Shown piece after piece: positions 1-9,063 of a stretch of DNA of 64,000 bases (the stretch's first letter is position 1; every line of letters begins with the position of its first letter). Origin of the DNA: Dehalococcoidia bacterium (GTDB lineage: Bacteria > Chloroflexota > Dehalococcoidia > Lucifugimonadales > UBA1127). The notes under the pieces were generated by a model. The model was not told the origin of the DNA. It saw nothing but the letters and a program-made list of their open reading frames with translations, and made no database searches. Location: NCBI GenBank assembly GCA_965116355.1, contig OZ220679.1, forward strand, positions 2,273,034 to 2,337,033, given 5' to 3'. Both the position numbers and the translations under genes were made by a program.

Positions 1-330
1 GGCGCGCCATCGGGGTACTACCCCGGGGAGGACTCGAGCAGCATCACGGGGGTCAGCGTCCTAGGCGACATGGAGGACCAGGCGGAGGCGTACCTCCGCA
101 TCAAGGCGAAGGAACTGCGGGACGGGGGCTCCGCCAACGTGAGCACTCTGGTCACCAGGGGATCGGCGGCGGCGGAGATCGAGGCGCTGGCGCGGGCGAC
201 GCCGGACAGCATGATCATCGCATGCACGCACGGACGGAGCGGCGTGGGCCGAGCCGTGCTGGGCAGCGTCATCGACCGGCTGGCGCGGCACTCGGGGCAT
301 CCGACACTGATCGTGCGGGCGCCGCAGTAG
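1..330 (+). CDS. Universal stress protein (UspA family), C-terminal part; 5' end lies outside the window
   Basis: Frame 1 is open from base 1. The C-terminus ...ACTHGRSGVGRAVLGSVIDRLARHSGHPTLIVRAP carries the UspA ATP-binding G-x2-G-x9-G(S/T) type motif. It is nearly identical to the C-terminus of the next gene, so the two are paralogs. Confidence 0.8.
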   Translation, partial: GAPSGYYPGEDSSSITGVSVLGDMEDQAEAYLRIKAKELRDGGSANVSTLVTRGSAAAEIEALARATPDSMIIACTHGRSGVGRAVLGSVIDRLARHSGHPTLIVRAPQ

Positions 331-537
331 CACGACGCCGGCCCTTCCATCCAAATGCCCCTAGACAACGCCGTCAGGCGACGGCAAAATCCCTATGTTC
401 AAATGCCGCGAGGGCCTTACGGCGCTATGCGTTTGCGCCTTCGTCGCGGTTGGGGCCAACAATCCGGTCATTCGGGGCGGCTGTGCGAGACGGCCGGCAT
501 CCGACCAATCAGCAGGGTTGCGGGAGGGGAGAAGTCC

Positions 538-1473
538 ATGTTCAAGCGTATTCTGACGCCGCTCGACGGTTCGACGCTTTCCGAGGGCATCCTGCCCTAC
601 GTACGGGCGCTGGCGCCGGCCTTGGGCGCGCGGGTGGAGCTGCTGCACACGCACTCGTCCATGACGACGTACGAGCTGGAGGACCTGAAGGACGAGGAGC
701 ACGCGTCAATCATGGCGGCGCTGGAGCCGGTGCAGACGCGCCTCCGGAACCAGTCGGTGAGCTACCTCTCGCAGGTGGCGCACGGCCTGGCGGACCTTGG
801 GGTGGAGACGCGGGTGAGCGTTCGGATCGGGTCTCCGGCGGACCAGATTGTGGACGTGGCGGAACAGGAACCGGACACGCTCATCGCCATGTCGACGCAT
901 GGGCGCGCAGGCGTGGGCCGGTGGCTGATGGGGAGTGTGACGGACCGGGTGCTGCACACGACGATGACGCCGATGCTGGTGGTACACCCGGAGCGATTCT
1001 CGCCCTCGCCTGACAGCGCGACCGCGATCCAGACGCTGATCGTGCCGCTGGACGGCTCGGACCTGGCAGAGACTGTGATGCCCATTGCGGGGGCGGTGGC
1101 GGCGGCCGCCGGGGCGGGCGTGCAACTGGTGCGGGTGCTGGACGCGGCGGCGCGGTCCGGGATGAGCGTCAGCCAACTGGCTGAGGCCGGTGTCAGCGAG
1201 GGGACGCGTGAGGAAGGCGACGCTTCAGAGTACCTGGGCGGGAAGGCGGAGGAGCTGCGACAGAGCGGGGTGGCGGATGTACACACGATGGTGCTCCGCG
1301 GCAACCCGGCAGAAGAGATAGAGGAGCTCTCAAGGAATACGCCCAACAGCATGCTGGTAGCGTGCACGCATGGCCGAAGCGGCGTTGGACGGGCTGTGAT
1401 GGGCAGCGTTACGGACCGGCTGGTACGGCACTCGGGACACCCGGCGCTCGTCGTGCGGGCACCGCATTACTAG
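538..1473 (+). CDS. Tandem-domain universal stress protein (two UspA domains)
   Basis: Start chosen at ATG 538 (MFKRILTPLDGS...), preceded by GGGAGGGGAG. There are two Usp-like halves, each ending in (S/C)THGR(A/S)GVGR...GSVTDRV... The upstream part of track ORF 355..1473 looks non-coding. Confidence 0.85.
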   Translation: MFKRILTPLDGSTLSEGILPYVRALAPALGARVELLHTHSSMTTYELEDLKDEEHASIMAALEPVQTRLRNQSVSYLSQVAHGLADLGVETRVSVRIGSPADQIVDVAEQEPDTLIAMSTHGRAGVGRWLMGSVTDRVLHTTMTPMLVVHPERFSPSPDSATAIQTLIVPLDGSDLAETVMPIAGAVAAAAGAGVQLVRVLDAAARSGMSVSQLAEAGVSEGTREEGDASEYLGGKAEELRQSGVADVHTMVLRGNPAEEIEELSRNTPNSMLVACTHGRSGVGRAVMGSVTDRLVRHSGHPALVVRAPHY

Positions 1474-1481
1474 GCGCGAGC

Positions 1482-2525
1482 CTAGGACGTCACCTCGATA
1501 TAGGTGTCGCGGGACTTGACGATCTCGCCGATGCGGTAGCCGTCGGCGCCGTGGGCGCGGAGGGAATCGATCAGGCCGGCCTCGCGGCTCCGGGGCACCG
1601 ACATCAGCAGCCCGCCGGACGTCTGGGCGTCGCAGAGCAAGAGCTTGGCCGCTTCCGATATCCCCGAATCCCAGTGGGCCACGCCCTCCATGGAGTCAAG
1701 GTTTCGCCGCGTGCCGCCGGGAACCACGTTCTGCTCCAACAGGTCCCACGTGCCCTTCAGGACGGGGACCGCGTCAAGCGAAATCCTCGCGGCGACGCCG
1801 CTTGCCGCCGCCATGTTCCGCAGGTGGCCCATGAGACCGAAGCCGGTGACGTCCGTGCAGGCGTTGACGCCGGCAGGCTTCATCGACAGGGCGGCACCCT
1901 CGTTCAGCCGCGCCATCATCTCGACGGCCTCGTCAAGGACGTCGTCAGGAGCAATGCCGGCCTTCGCGCCGGTGGTGATGATGCCGGTGCCGATGGGCTT
2001 GGAGAGGATGAGCACGTCACCGGGCCGGGCATCGGCGTTGGAGATGTGGTCGCCGGGACGGACGATGCCGGTTACGGCGAGCCCGTACTTGGGCTCGGCG
2101 TCGTCGATGGTGTGGCCGCCGGCGATGAGAACGCTGGCCTCCCTCGCCTTGGCGTAACCGCCCTTTAGGACGGTGGCGAGGATGCTCTTGTCCAGCGACA
2201 CGGGGAAGCAAACGATGTTGAGGGCAATGACGGGCATGCCGCCCATGGCGTAGACGTCCGACAGGGAGTTGGCGGCGGCGATTTCCCCGAACGCGTAGGG
2301 GTCATCGACGATGGGCGGGAAGTAGTCAACGGTCTGGATGATGGCAAGATCGTCGGTGATCCGGTACACAGCGGCATCGTCCCCGGTATCCGGACCGACA
2401 AGCAAATCGCGGTCAGACATGTGGGGCAATTGACTGAGGATTTGACCCAGATCCTCCGGGCTAAACTTAGCCGCTCAGCCTGCGCAGTGGGCAAGTTGAG
2501 TCAACTTGACTTCACTGTTTGACAT
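1482..2525 (-). CDS. selD: Selenide, water dikinase (selenophosphate synthetase), predicted selenocysteine-containing form (in-frame TGA at 2475-2477)
   Basis: Track ORF 1482..2429 is clearly SelD (AIR-synthase-like fold; ...DAAVYRI..., ...SDVYAMGG.P...). Reading upstream in the same frame gives ATG(2525-2523) SNSEVKLTQLAHCAG-TGA-AAKFSPEDLGQILSQLPH. This is the conserved N-terminal catalytic loop, where SelD carries Cys or Sec. Confidence 0.85.
2436..2456 (-). promoter_or_regulatory. Candidate bacterial SECIS hairpin for the selD UGA
   Basis: The mRNA reads UGA, then 18 nt, then GAGGAU-CUGGGUCAA-AUCCUC. This is a perfect 6-bp stem with a 9-nt loop containing GGU. The apical loop starts about 25 nt after the UGA, within the range typical of bacterial SECIS elements. 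Confidence 0.5.
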
Positions 2526-2602
2526 ACCCTCCCTCGGATTCCCGTGAGCAGGTTACCAGGCACATGGCCTCGGCGGAGTATAGCAGCATTGCACCCGTTC
2601 GA

Positions 2603-4687
2603 CTATGCAGGGGCAGCCGTGAGCAGCAGCTCATACCCGGCTGACTGCCGGGTGTGCGGCGTCAGCGACGCGACGATGACGGCTGCGGTCTCACCCTCGG
2701 CGAGGGCGGGGATGTTGAGGGTGCCAGCGTTGGCGTCGTCCAGGGGGACGTCGAGGACGGTGGGGGCGCCCTGGGCTCGCTCGACGACGACGCGGACGCC
2801 GAAGCGCTGGGGGAGGGCGTTGTTGGTGCGGACGAAGCCGTCGGCCGTCCATGCGCCGCCGGTCTCGGCGTCGTCGAAGAATCCGATCTCGGGCACGGCG
2901 ACGTCGTCAATGCAGGCGCCGTCGAGGCTGATGGCGGCGTCGAAGACCTGCTCGAAAGAGACGAGCACGCGCCCGCCGGCGAAGGGGGTGAGATCCACGC
3001 GCTCCTCCACCCATCCGCCGCTGTGCCCGGTGAAGCCGGGGCCGTAGGTTGCGCCGATAGGGTCGTCGGTGACGGTGTGGGCGCCGGGGAGGACGTGCCA
3101 CGTGTCGCCGCCGTCAGGAGTGGCCGTGACGTAGAGGTAGTCCCACTGCTCCTCCAGGTTGTGCCACATGCGGAAGGTGAGGGTGGCCTCGGTAACGGCG
3201 GACAGGTCGAACTCGTGCGTCAGGCGGGAGTGGGAGGCGTCGCCGCGGTTGCTCCACCAACAGGCCTCGCCGCTGAGAGGGGTGGTGTCGAGGATGGAGG
3301 CCGTGGAATCGCCGACGAAGGTCAGCGTCGCGCCGGTCGCGGGGACGTCGAGGCGGAGGACGTCGGCGGCGAAGGGGGCGACGTCATCGCGGAAGGGGGC
3401 GTCCGCCCGGACGGTGCGGCGGGGATCCACCTTCACGAGATTCGAGGCGTCGGCGTAGCCGTAGGGCATGGCGGCATCTCCGCCGAGGATGTTGGCGACG
3501 GACCAGTCCATGAAGAGGCGCTCGAAGGTCTGGGGGTGGCCGGCCTCGCGGAGGTAGGCGTCGATTCCGGCGGCGCCGTCCTCGGGCCGGGCGATGAGGG
3601 GGGCGAGGGAATCGAGGCCGTAGCGCTGGGTGAAGTAGAGGAAGAACAGGTAGGCGGTGTTGTAGTAGCGGCCGATGCCCTGACCGTAGCCGGGCCAGTT
3701 TGTGAGGGAGATCTCCTCGCGGAAGCCGGGCGGCGTGACGGGGCGCTGCGGGGAGACGAGCCCAGCGGTCACCTCCGAGATGCCCTCGTTCATCCAGGTG
3801 TGCTCGTTGGGGTCAACGAGCTGGTGGAGGAGGTGCTGCAACTCGTGGCCGGTGAGGCTGCTGAAGCCTGCCCTGCCCGTGCGGATGACCCGGGAGTCGA
3901 GGTAGAGGGCGGGCCGTCCGTTGCTGTAGGGGAAGACGGGGGGCGTGTAGTAGTCGGACGAGGCAAAGTAGCCGGCCGCGCCGCTGAGGGGGGCGATGAC
4001 CATGGAGACGGGGGCTTCGGAGGGCGCGCCGGCCTCTCCGGGGACGAAGCCGAGGGTGGCGCGGGCGACGGTGGGGAAGACGTGGCCCTCATAGAGCTGG
4101 GCGAGCTGCTGGAGTCGCCCCCGCTGGGGGTCCACTCCATCCGCGACGTACCAGAGGGCGTTGGGGGTGACGAACTGGAGGGTGGCGGGCACCGGATCGA
4201 CGCGGAGACGGATGAGGTCGACGATCCAGAAGGGCTCGGTGCGGCCGACGTCGTCGGCGGTGAGGACGGGGGCGACGGCGAGACGGGCGTCCTCGCCGGG
4301 CCGGAAGCGTTTGGCGAGGGCGACGAGGTCGGCGGGCGGCGGCGGGTGGATGCGGGCGGGGAAGGCCGTGCCGGCATTCATCTCCGCGGGAGACAGGGAG
4401 GGCCGCTGGAGCGGCTCGGCGGGGGCCGGGGTGGCGGCCGGCGCCGGAGGCGCGGGCGTCGGCGCGGGGTTGGCAGCGGCCGGCTGCGGGGGCGCGGCGG
4501 TGGGGACGGGGATGGCGGTTGGAGAAGCGATGGCGGCCGGGGATTGTGTTTGATCGGGCTCGCTCTCGCAGGCGGAGGCGATGGCGGCGAGGAAGGCGGC
4601 GGCAGTCACGAGCGCGAGGGCCGGCCACCTCCGCTTAAGCGTCTCGCCCCTGTGTGATTGGGCTTGCATGCCGTCCCCTGGTCTCAA
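2603..4687 (-). CDS. Secreted or lipoprotein zinc metallopeptidase (HExxH...E, gluzincin-like) with Pro/Ala-rich N-terminal linker
   Basis: N-terminal signal with lipobox-like ...FLAAIASAC, followed by a PA-rich low-complexity linker. The motif TGHELQHLLHQLVDPNEHTWMNEGISE contains HExxH plus a downstream NEG-E. An alternative start exists at ATG 4669. Confidence 0.7.
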   Translation of the reverse strand: MRPGDGMQAQSHRGETLKRRWPALALVTAAAFLAAIASACESEPDQTQSPAAIASPTAIPVPTAAPPQPAAANPAPTPAPPAPAATPAPAEPLQRPSLSPAEMNAGTAFPARIHPPPPADLVALAKRFRPGEDARLAVAPVLTADDVGRTEPFWIVDLIRLRVDPVPATLQFVTPNALWYVADGVDPQRGRLQQLAQLYEGHVFPTVARATLGFVPGEAGAPSEAPVSMVIAPLSGAAGYFASSDYYTPPVFPYSNGRPALYLDSRVIRTGRAGFSSLTGHELQHLLHQLVDPNEHTWMNEGISEVTAGLVSPQRPVTPPGFREEISLTNWPGYGQGIGRYYNTAYLFFLYFTQRYGLDSLAPLIARPEDGAAGIDAYLREAGHPQTFERLFMDWSVANILGGDAAMPYGYADASNLVKVDPRRTVRADAPFRDDVAPFAADVLRLDVPATGATLTFVGDSTASILDTTPLSGEACWWSNRGDASHSRLTHEFDLSAVTEATLTFRMWHNLEEQWDYLYVTATPDGGDTWHVLPGAHTVTDDPIGATYGPGFTGHSGGWVEERVDLTPFAGGRVLVSFEQVFDAAISLDGACIDDVAVPEIGFFDDAETGGAWTADGFVRTNNALPQRFGVRVVVERAQGAPTVLDVPLDDANAGTLNIPALAEGETAAVIVASLTPHTRQSAGYELLLTAAPA

Positions 4688-4781
4688 CTGTCCCTATGTC
4701 CAGAGTAACACAGGCGGCTTGTACCCATGTGCGCCGGGACGCCTCTTTCGGCGTGCGCCGAGGTCTGCCGGGCAAGCGTCG

Positions 4782-5684
4782 CTAGACGCCGGCGAGGGCG
4801 AGCTGGCGGGGCGGCTGAACGGGCTGCCACCAGTCATGGCGACGCTCTTTCAGGCCGTGGGCGTCCATGAGCTCGGAGACGCGGTCGTCGACGTCGTGGC
4901 GGAGGGCCGCGGGGGCGTAGGCCTCCGTGTAGAGGCGCTGGTAGACGGAGTGCAGACGCGGGTGGCGGCGGGAGAGGTAGTCCATGAAGTGCTCGCGGGT
5001 GCCGGGCTGGAGGTGCAGGACGTTGGGGTGGAGGAAGTTGGCGCCGTGGGCAGCAGCGGCCTCGACGACGGCGGCGAGGCTCTCGTGGGAGTCGGTGATG
5101 CCGGGGATGACGGGGGCGAGGAGCACGCCGGCACGGACGCCCGCGTTGACGAGGCGCTCCATGACCTCAAGGCGCTTCCACGGCGGCGGCGTGCCGGGCT
5201 CGAGCTCGCGCCAGAGATCCGGGTCGAGGGTGGTGATGCTGAAGGAGACGCACGCGCCCGCGCGCCGGGCGGCGTCGGCGAGGACATCGGCGTCGCGCAG
5301 GGCCATGGTGCCCTTGGTGACGAGCTGAAAGGGCGTGCGGCGCTCGGCGAGGGCCTCGAGGCAGCCGCGGGTGAGGCGGCGGGCGCCCTCGATGGGCTGG
5401 TAGGGGTCTGTGGCGGTGCCGATGGCGACAACGTCGCGGGGCCAGGTGGGGCGGGAGAGCTCGGCGCGGAGGACCTCGACGATGTTGGACTTGACGAAAA
5501 CGAGGCCGGAGAAGTCATCGGAGGGGTTGAGGTCGTGGAAGGCGTTGTAGCGGCGGGCGAAGCAGTAGTGGCAACCGTGTACGCAGCCTCGATAAGGGTT
5601 GAGCGACCAGCGGAAGCTCATGCCCTTGACCCGGTTCAGGGCGCTTCGGCATTCGGTGTCCATGTACCTGGCGAAATGAGACAT
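4782..5684 (-). CDS. Radical SAM protein, SplB/COG1533 (DNA-repair-photolyase-like, Rv2578c-type) family
   Basis: N-terminal ...LNPYRGCVHGCHYCFARRY... carries the CxxxCxxC radical-SAM cluster motif in the context typical of this family. Confidence 0.8.
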   Translation of the reverse strand: MSHFARYMDTECRSALNRVKGMSFRWSLNPYRGCVHGCHYCFARRYNAFHDLNPSDDFSGLVFVKSNIVEVLRAELSRPTWPRDVVAIGTATDPYQPIEGARRLTRGCLEALAERRTPFQLVTKGTMALRDADVLADAARRAGACVSFSITTLDPDLWRELEPGTPPPWKRLEVMERLVNAGVRAGVLLAPVIPGITDSHESLAAVVEAAAAHGANFLHPNVLHLQPGTREHFMDYLSRRHPRLHSVYQRLYTEAYAPAALRHDVDDRVSELMDAHGLKERRHDWWQPVQPPRQLALAGV

Positions 5685-5748
5685 GGGACCCTCCCTCGAT
5701 GATGGAGAGAGGGTAAATTAGAATATGTGTTCTTGTCAAGTCTTAGAA

Positions 5749-6120
5749 CTAGACGTGCTGATCGAAGAGGATGGGATTGCCGTCCGGGTCCTCGAGGAAG
5801 AAGCTGTCTGGGCCGTTGGTGGTCTCGTTGGCCTCGCTGATGAGGGTGATGCCTTTGCCCTTGATCTGACGCTGGATGCTGCGGATGTCGGTGAAGGCGT
5901 CTAGCTTCTGGGCGTCGGAGTTCCAGCCGGGGTTGAAGGTCAGGATGTTCTTGTCGAACATCCCCTGGAACAGGCCGATGGTCGCGGCGCCGTTCTGCAG
6001 AATCAGCCAGTTCTCGGACTGGTCACCACCAATGACGACGAAGCCCAGCTTCGTGTAGAAGTCTCTTGAGGCCTCGATGTCCTTGACCGTGAGGCTGACG
6101 GAAAAGGCTCCCAGCTCCAT
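5749..6120 (-). CDS. VOC family protein (glyoxalase/bleomycin-resistance fold)
   Basis: [29 protein letters not shown]... and the C-terminal ...[13 protein letters not shown] are typical VOC beta-alpha-beta-beta-beta modules. Confidence 0.75.
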   Translation of the reverse strand: MELGAFSVSLTVKDIEASRDFYTKLGFVVIGGDQSENWLILQNGAATIGLFQGMFDKNILTFNPGWNSDAQKLDAFTDIRSIQRQIKGKGITLISEANETTNGPDSFFLEDPDGNPILFDQHV

Positions 6121-6247
6121 GTCGGTGCGCTCCTGTGCTCGATTGGCGGGCGGGCGACTTCAGAGACGCAGTTGGGGAACGTGGCCCGCGCCGAATGGAC
6201 TTGAGTATACTGTCTTTCAGGCAATCAGTATTTTCGAAGGAGGAATC

Positions 6248-6676
6248 ATGCCGCTCAACGTGTACCTGAACTTCAACGGCAACTGCCGGGAGGTCTTCGA
6301 CTTCTACCGGTCGGTCTTCGGCGGGGACTTTGCGCTGCACCTGACGTTCCACGAGATGCCGGAAGACATGGGCATGTCCGAGGAGGAGAAGAACCAGATC
6401 CTGCACGTCTCGTACGACATCGGGGGGACGACGCTGATGGGGAGCGACGTCCCGAGCGCGTTCGGGCCGCCGGTGACGATGGGCAACAACATGTCCATCT
6501 CCTACTTGACGGAGACGCGGGAGGAGACGGAGGAGTACTTCAACAAGATCTCGGAGGGCGGGACCGTCACGATGCCCCTGGACGACCAGTTCTGGGGGGA
6601 CTACTTCGGGGCGTGCACGGACAAATTCGGGATCAACTGGATGTTCAACTGTGCGAGTGAGCCGCCTTCCTCGTAG
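6248..6676 (+). CDS. VOC/PhnB-like protein (3-demethylubiquinone-9 3-methyltransferase-domain family)
   Basis: Start ATG 6248 follows GAAGGAGG. MPLNVYLNFNGNCREVFDFYRSVFGG... and ...DKFGINWM are characteristic of the PhnB/YjdN-like family. Confidence 0.75.
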   Translation: MPLNVYLNFNGNCREVFDFYRSVFGGDFALHLTFHEMPEDMGMSEEEKNQILHVSYDIGGTTLMGSDVPSAFGPPVTMGNNMSISYLTETREETEEYFNKISEGGTVTMPLDDQFWGDYFGACTDKFGINWMFNCASEPPSS

Positions 6677-6687
6677 GGGGCGGGGCC

Positions 6688-6773
6688 CCCTTCGAGAGCC
6701 TCAGGGCGGGCTTCGACGGGCGCGGGTTAACGGGTTCGCATCCGTCGGGGTTCCTGCCTGCGCAGGAACGACG
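6688..6773. repeat. Mosaic intergenic repeat, copy 1 (modules A + C)
   Basis: Module A is CCCTTCGAGAGCCTCAGGGCGGGCTTCGACGGG. Module C is the hairpin GTTCCTGC-CTGC-GCAGGAAC (6750-6769). Confidence 0.7.
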
Positions 6774-6781
6774 ATGGAGCG

Positions 6782-6812
6782 GGCGCCCACAAGGGGCGCC
6801 TCTACGATTTTT
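6782..6812 (+). terminator. Possible intrinsic terminator after the PhnB-like gene
   Basis: GGCGCCC-ACAAG-GGGCGCC forms a 7-bp GC stem, followed 7 nt later by TTTTT. The spacing to the T-run is suboptimal. Confidence 0.4.
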
Positions 6813-6838
6813 CGGCGGGCAGTGGGTGGACATAATCC

Positions 6839-7693
6839 ATGACGTTCTGGAACACCTGGACATTCGACCCGCTGACCCTTGCCGGGTTGGCCGTGCTTTT
6901 CCTTCTCTACACGCGCGGGCTGTGGCGCAGCCGCGGTCGCTCAGGCAACCTCTTCCCGTGGTGGCGGCCGACCTCGTTCTACGCGGGGTGGACGGCGCTG
7001 CTGATGGGGGCGGTGTCGCCCATCGACGGGCTTTCGGGCGACCTCTTCCTCATGCACATGGTGCAGCACATGCTCATGATGATGGTGGGGCCGCCGCTGA
7101 TCCTCGTCGGGGCGCCGGTGGTGCCGGTGCTGCGGGGGCTGCCGGGGGTGCTGCGGGCGGACCTCGCCATCCCGCTGCTGCAGATGCGGCGGGTCCGCAA
7201 GGTACTGAGCTTCCTTGCGTCGCCGCTGACGGCATGGCTGGTCTTCGTGTTCACGGTGTGGATATGGCACATTCCGGCGCTGTACAACGAGGCGGTCACG
7301 AACGAGTGGCTGCACTTCCTGCAGCACGTCATGTTTACGAGCGCGGCCGTCTTCTTCTGGTGGAGCGTCATCGACCCGGTGCCGCTGAAGCCGCGGCTGG
7401 CGTACCCGCTGCGGCTGCTGTACCTGTTCCTCGCGACGCTGCAGAGCACGGTGCTGGCGGCGATCATCACGCTCTCGGAAGAGGTGCTGTACACGTACTA
7501 CGTGAGCGTGCCGCGGCTGTGGGGGCTGACGCCGGGGGAGGACCAGATGATCGCGGGGCTCATCATGTGGATACCGGGGGCGGGAATCTACTTCACGGTG
7601 CTGACGGTATTGTTCTTCGTCATGCTGTACAAGGACGACCAGCGCATGCGGCGGCTGGAGGGGCGGCCGGTGAGCGGGCCGCGGCGGTGGTGA
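6839..7693 (+). CDS. ctaG: Cytochrome c oxidase assembly factor CtaG (caa3-type, COG3336)
   Basis: Polytopic membrane protein with ...LFLMHMVQHMLMMMVGPPLILVGAP..., typical of Bacillus-type CtaG. It lies directly upstream of the oxidase structural genes. Confidence 0.8.
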   Translation: MTFWNTWTFDPLTLAGLAVLFLLYTRGLWRSRGRSGNLFPWWRPTSFYAGWTALLMGAVSPIDGLSGDLFLMHMVQHMLMMMVGPPLILVGAPVVPVLRGLPGVLRADLAIPLLQMRRVRKVLSFLASPLTAWLVFVFTVWIWHIPALYNEAVTNEWLHFLQHVMFTSAAVFFWWSVIDPVPLKPRLAYPLRLLYLFLATLQSTVLAAIITLSEEVLYTYYVSVPRLWGLTPGEDQMIAGLIMWIPGAGIYFTVLTVLFFVMLYKDDQRMRRLEGRPVSGPRRW

Positions 7694-7746
7694 GGGCGCC
7701 GCCGCGTTGACGGCGGCAAAACTTTGCGCGATTTTTCACCAACCCA

Positions 7747-7776
7747 TTGACTACGAAAGTTTCACGCCTATAGAAT
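7747..7776 (+). promoter_or_regulatory. Sigma-70-like promoter upstream of the oxidase structural genes
   Basis: TTGACT (7747-7752) plus a 16-nt spacer plus TATAGA (7769-7774). The alternative -10 is TAGAAT with an 18-nt spacer. It sits in a locally AT-richer intergenic stretch. Confidence 0.4.
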
Positions 7777-7902
7777 GGGGCTGCTGCAAAGGGGACTGTA
7801 CGGCTGTGCCAGCACGGGAGGCTCCCTGGCCCCCGACGCGAACAGCCTCTCAACGCTCATGGGGACGGCAGCAGCCGGTCACAACGACAATGAGAGAGGA
7901 CC

Positions 7903-9009
7903 ATGGCGAACCGAATACACATCCGCCCTAAGTCCCTGCTCGCACTCCTCGCCCTTGTAGTTTTGCCCATCCTCGCAGCCTGTGGCACCGTCGACTCGGC
8001 GCAGACCACGATCAACCCACAGTCGGACGTCGCACGGGAGATTCAGGGCACGTACGCATTCATCTTCTGGGTGTCCGTCGTGGTGTTCGTCGTCGTGGAA
8101 GGCGCGCTGGTGTACGCGGTGTTCCGCTACCGGCGCCGGGCGAACTCCGGCATCCCCAAGCAGACCGAGGGCAACATGGTCCTCGAAGTCACCTGGACGA
8201 TCATTCCCGCGTTGATCCTGGTCGCCATCGCGGTGCCGACGTGGATCACCATCTTCCGGACGGACGACATCCCCGAGGGGTCGTTCATCGTGAACGTCAC
8301 GGGCCACCAATGGTGGTGGGAAGTGGAGTATCCGGAGCTGCGCACGGGTGATGGCGACAACGAGGTCCGGCTGGTGACGGCCAACGAGATCCGGGTTCCG
8401 GCCGACCGCACGATCGGCTTCCACCTGGAGACGAACGACGTGCTGCACAGCTTCTGGGTGCCGCAGCTCTTCGGCAAGGTGGACCTGGTGCCGGGGCGGA
8501 CCAACACGGTGTGGTTCACGCCAGACGCTGATACGGCTGGCGAGGTGTTCCTGGGACAGTGCGTGGAGTTCTGCGGACTGTCGCACGCCAACATGCGGAT
8601 GCGCATTTTTGTCGACAGCCCGGATGACTTCGCGGCATGGGCCGACGGGATCCGCTCGCCGGCGCCGGAGGCCACGGGGCTGGCGGCGACGGGGCACGAG
8701 CTGTTCTCGTCAAAGGGCTGCACGGTGTGCCACAGCGTCAACGGGGACTACGAGGCTGCGGGCCAGCCACTATCGAGCGGGCGCATCCTGATCGGCCCCA
8801 ACCTGACGGGCTTCGGCTCTCGGACAACGCTGGCGGGGGCCATCCTGGAGAACAACACAGCGAACCTCTCGGCGTGGCTGGCCGAACCGGACGAGGTCAA
8901 GCCCGGCAACCTGATGTACCAGGAGGCCGCGGCATACACGCAACCGGAGCTGAGCCTGGCGAACGAGGACGTCACCGCTCTGGTAGCATATCTTCAGCAT
9001 TTGCAGTAG
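7903..9009 (+). CDS. ctaC: Cytochrome c oxidase subunit II with C-terminal cytochrome c domain (caa3-type)
   Basis: Lipoprotein-like signal (...LPILAAC) and two TM helices. CuA motif HSFWVP...CVEFCGLSHANM. C-terminal heme c motif GCTVCHSV with a downstream Met. Confidence 0.9.
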   Translation: MANRIHIRPKSLLALLALVVLPILAACGTVDSAQTTINPQSDVAREIQGTYAFIFWVSVVVFVVVEGALVYAVFRYRRRANSGIPKQTEGNMVLEVTWTIIPALILVAIAVPTWITIFRTDDIPEGSFIVNVTGHQWWWEVEYPELRTGDGDNEVRLVTANEIRVPADRTIGFHLETNDVLHSFWVPQLFGKVDLVPGRTNTVWFTPDADTAGEVFLGQCVEFCGLSHANMRMRIFVDSPDDFAAWADGIRSPAPEATGLAATGHELFSSKGCTVCHSVNGDYEAAGQPLSSGRILIGPNLTGFGSRTTLAGAILENNTANLSAWLAEPDEVKPGNLMYQEAAAYTQPELSLANEDVTALVAYLQHLQ

Positions 9010-9063
9010 CGCATTCGGGGGCGTAACGCCGGCTCGTCCGGCGCGGCGTTTGGAGGCGAATAC

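Noticed and set aside
2654-4657. A 667-aa plus-strand ORF, the longest ORF in this region apart from the peptidase.
   Set aside because: It is antisense to the well-supported HExxH peptidase gene. Its translation is Gly/Arg/Asp/Glu low-complexity with no RBS. This is a typical stop-codon-poor antisense frame in high-GC DNA.
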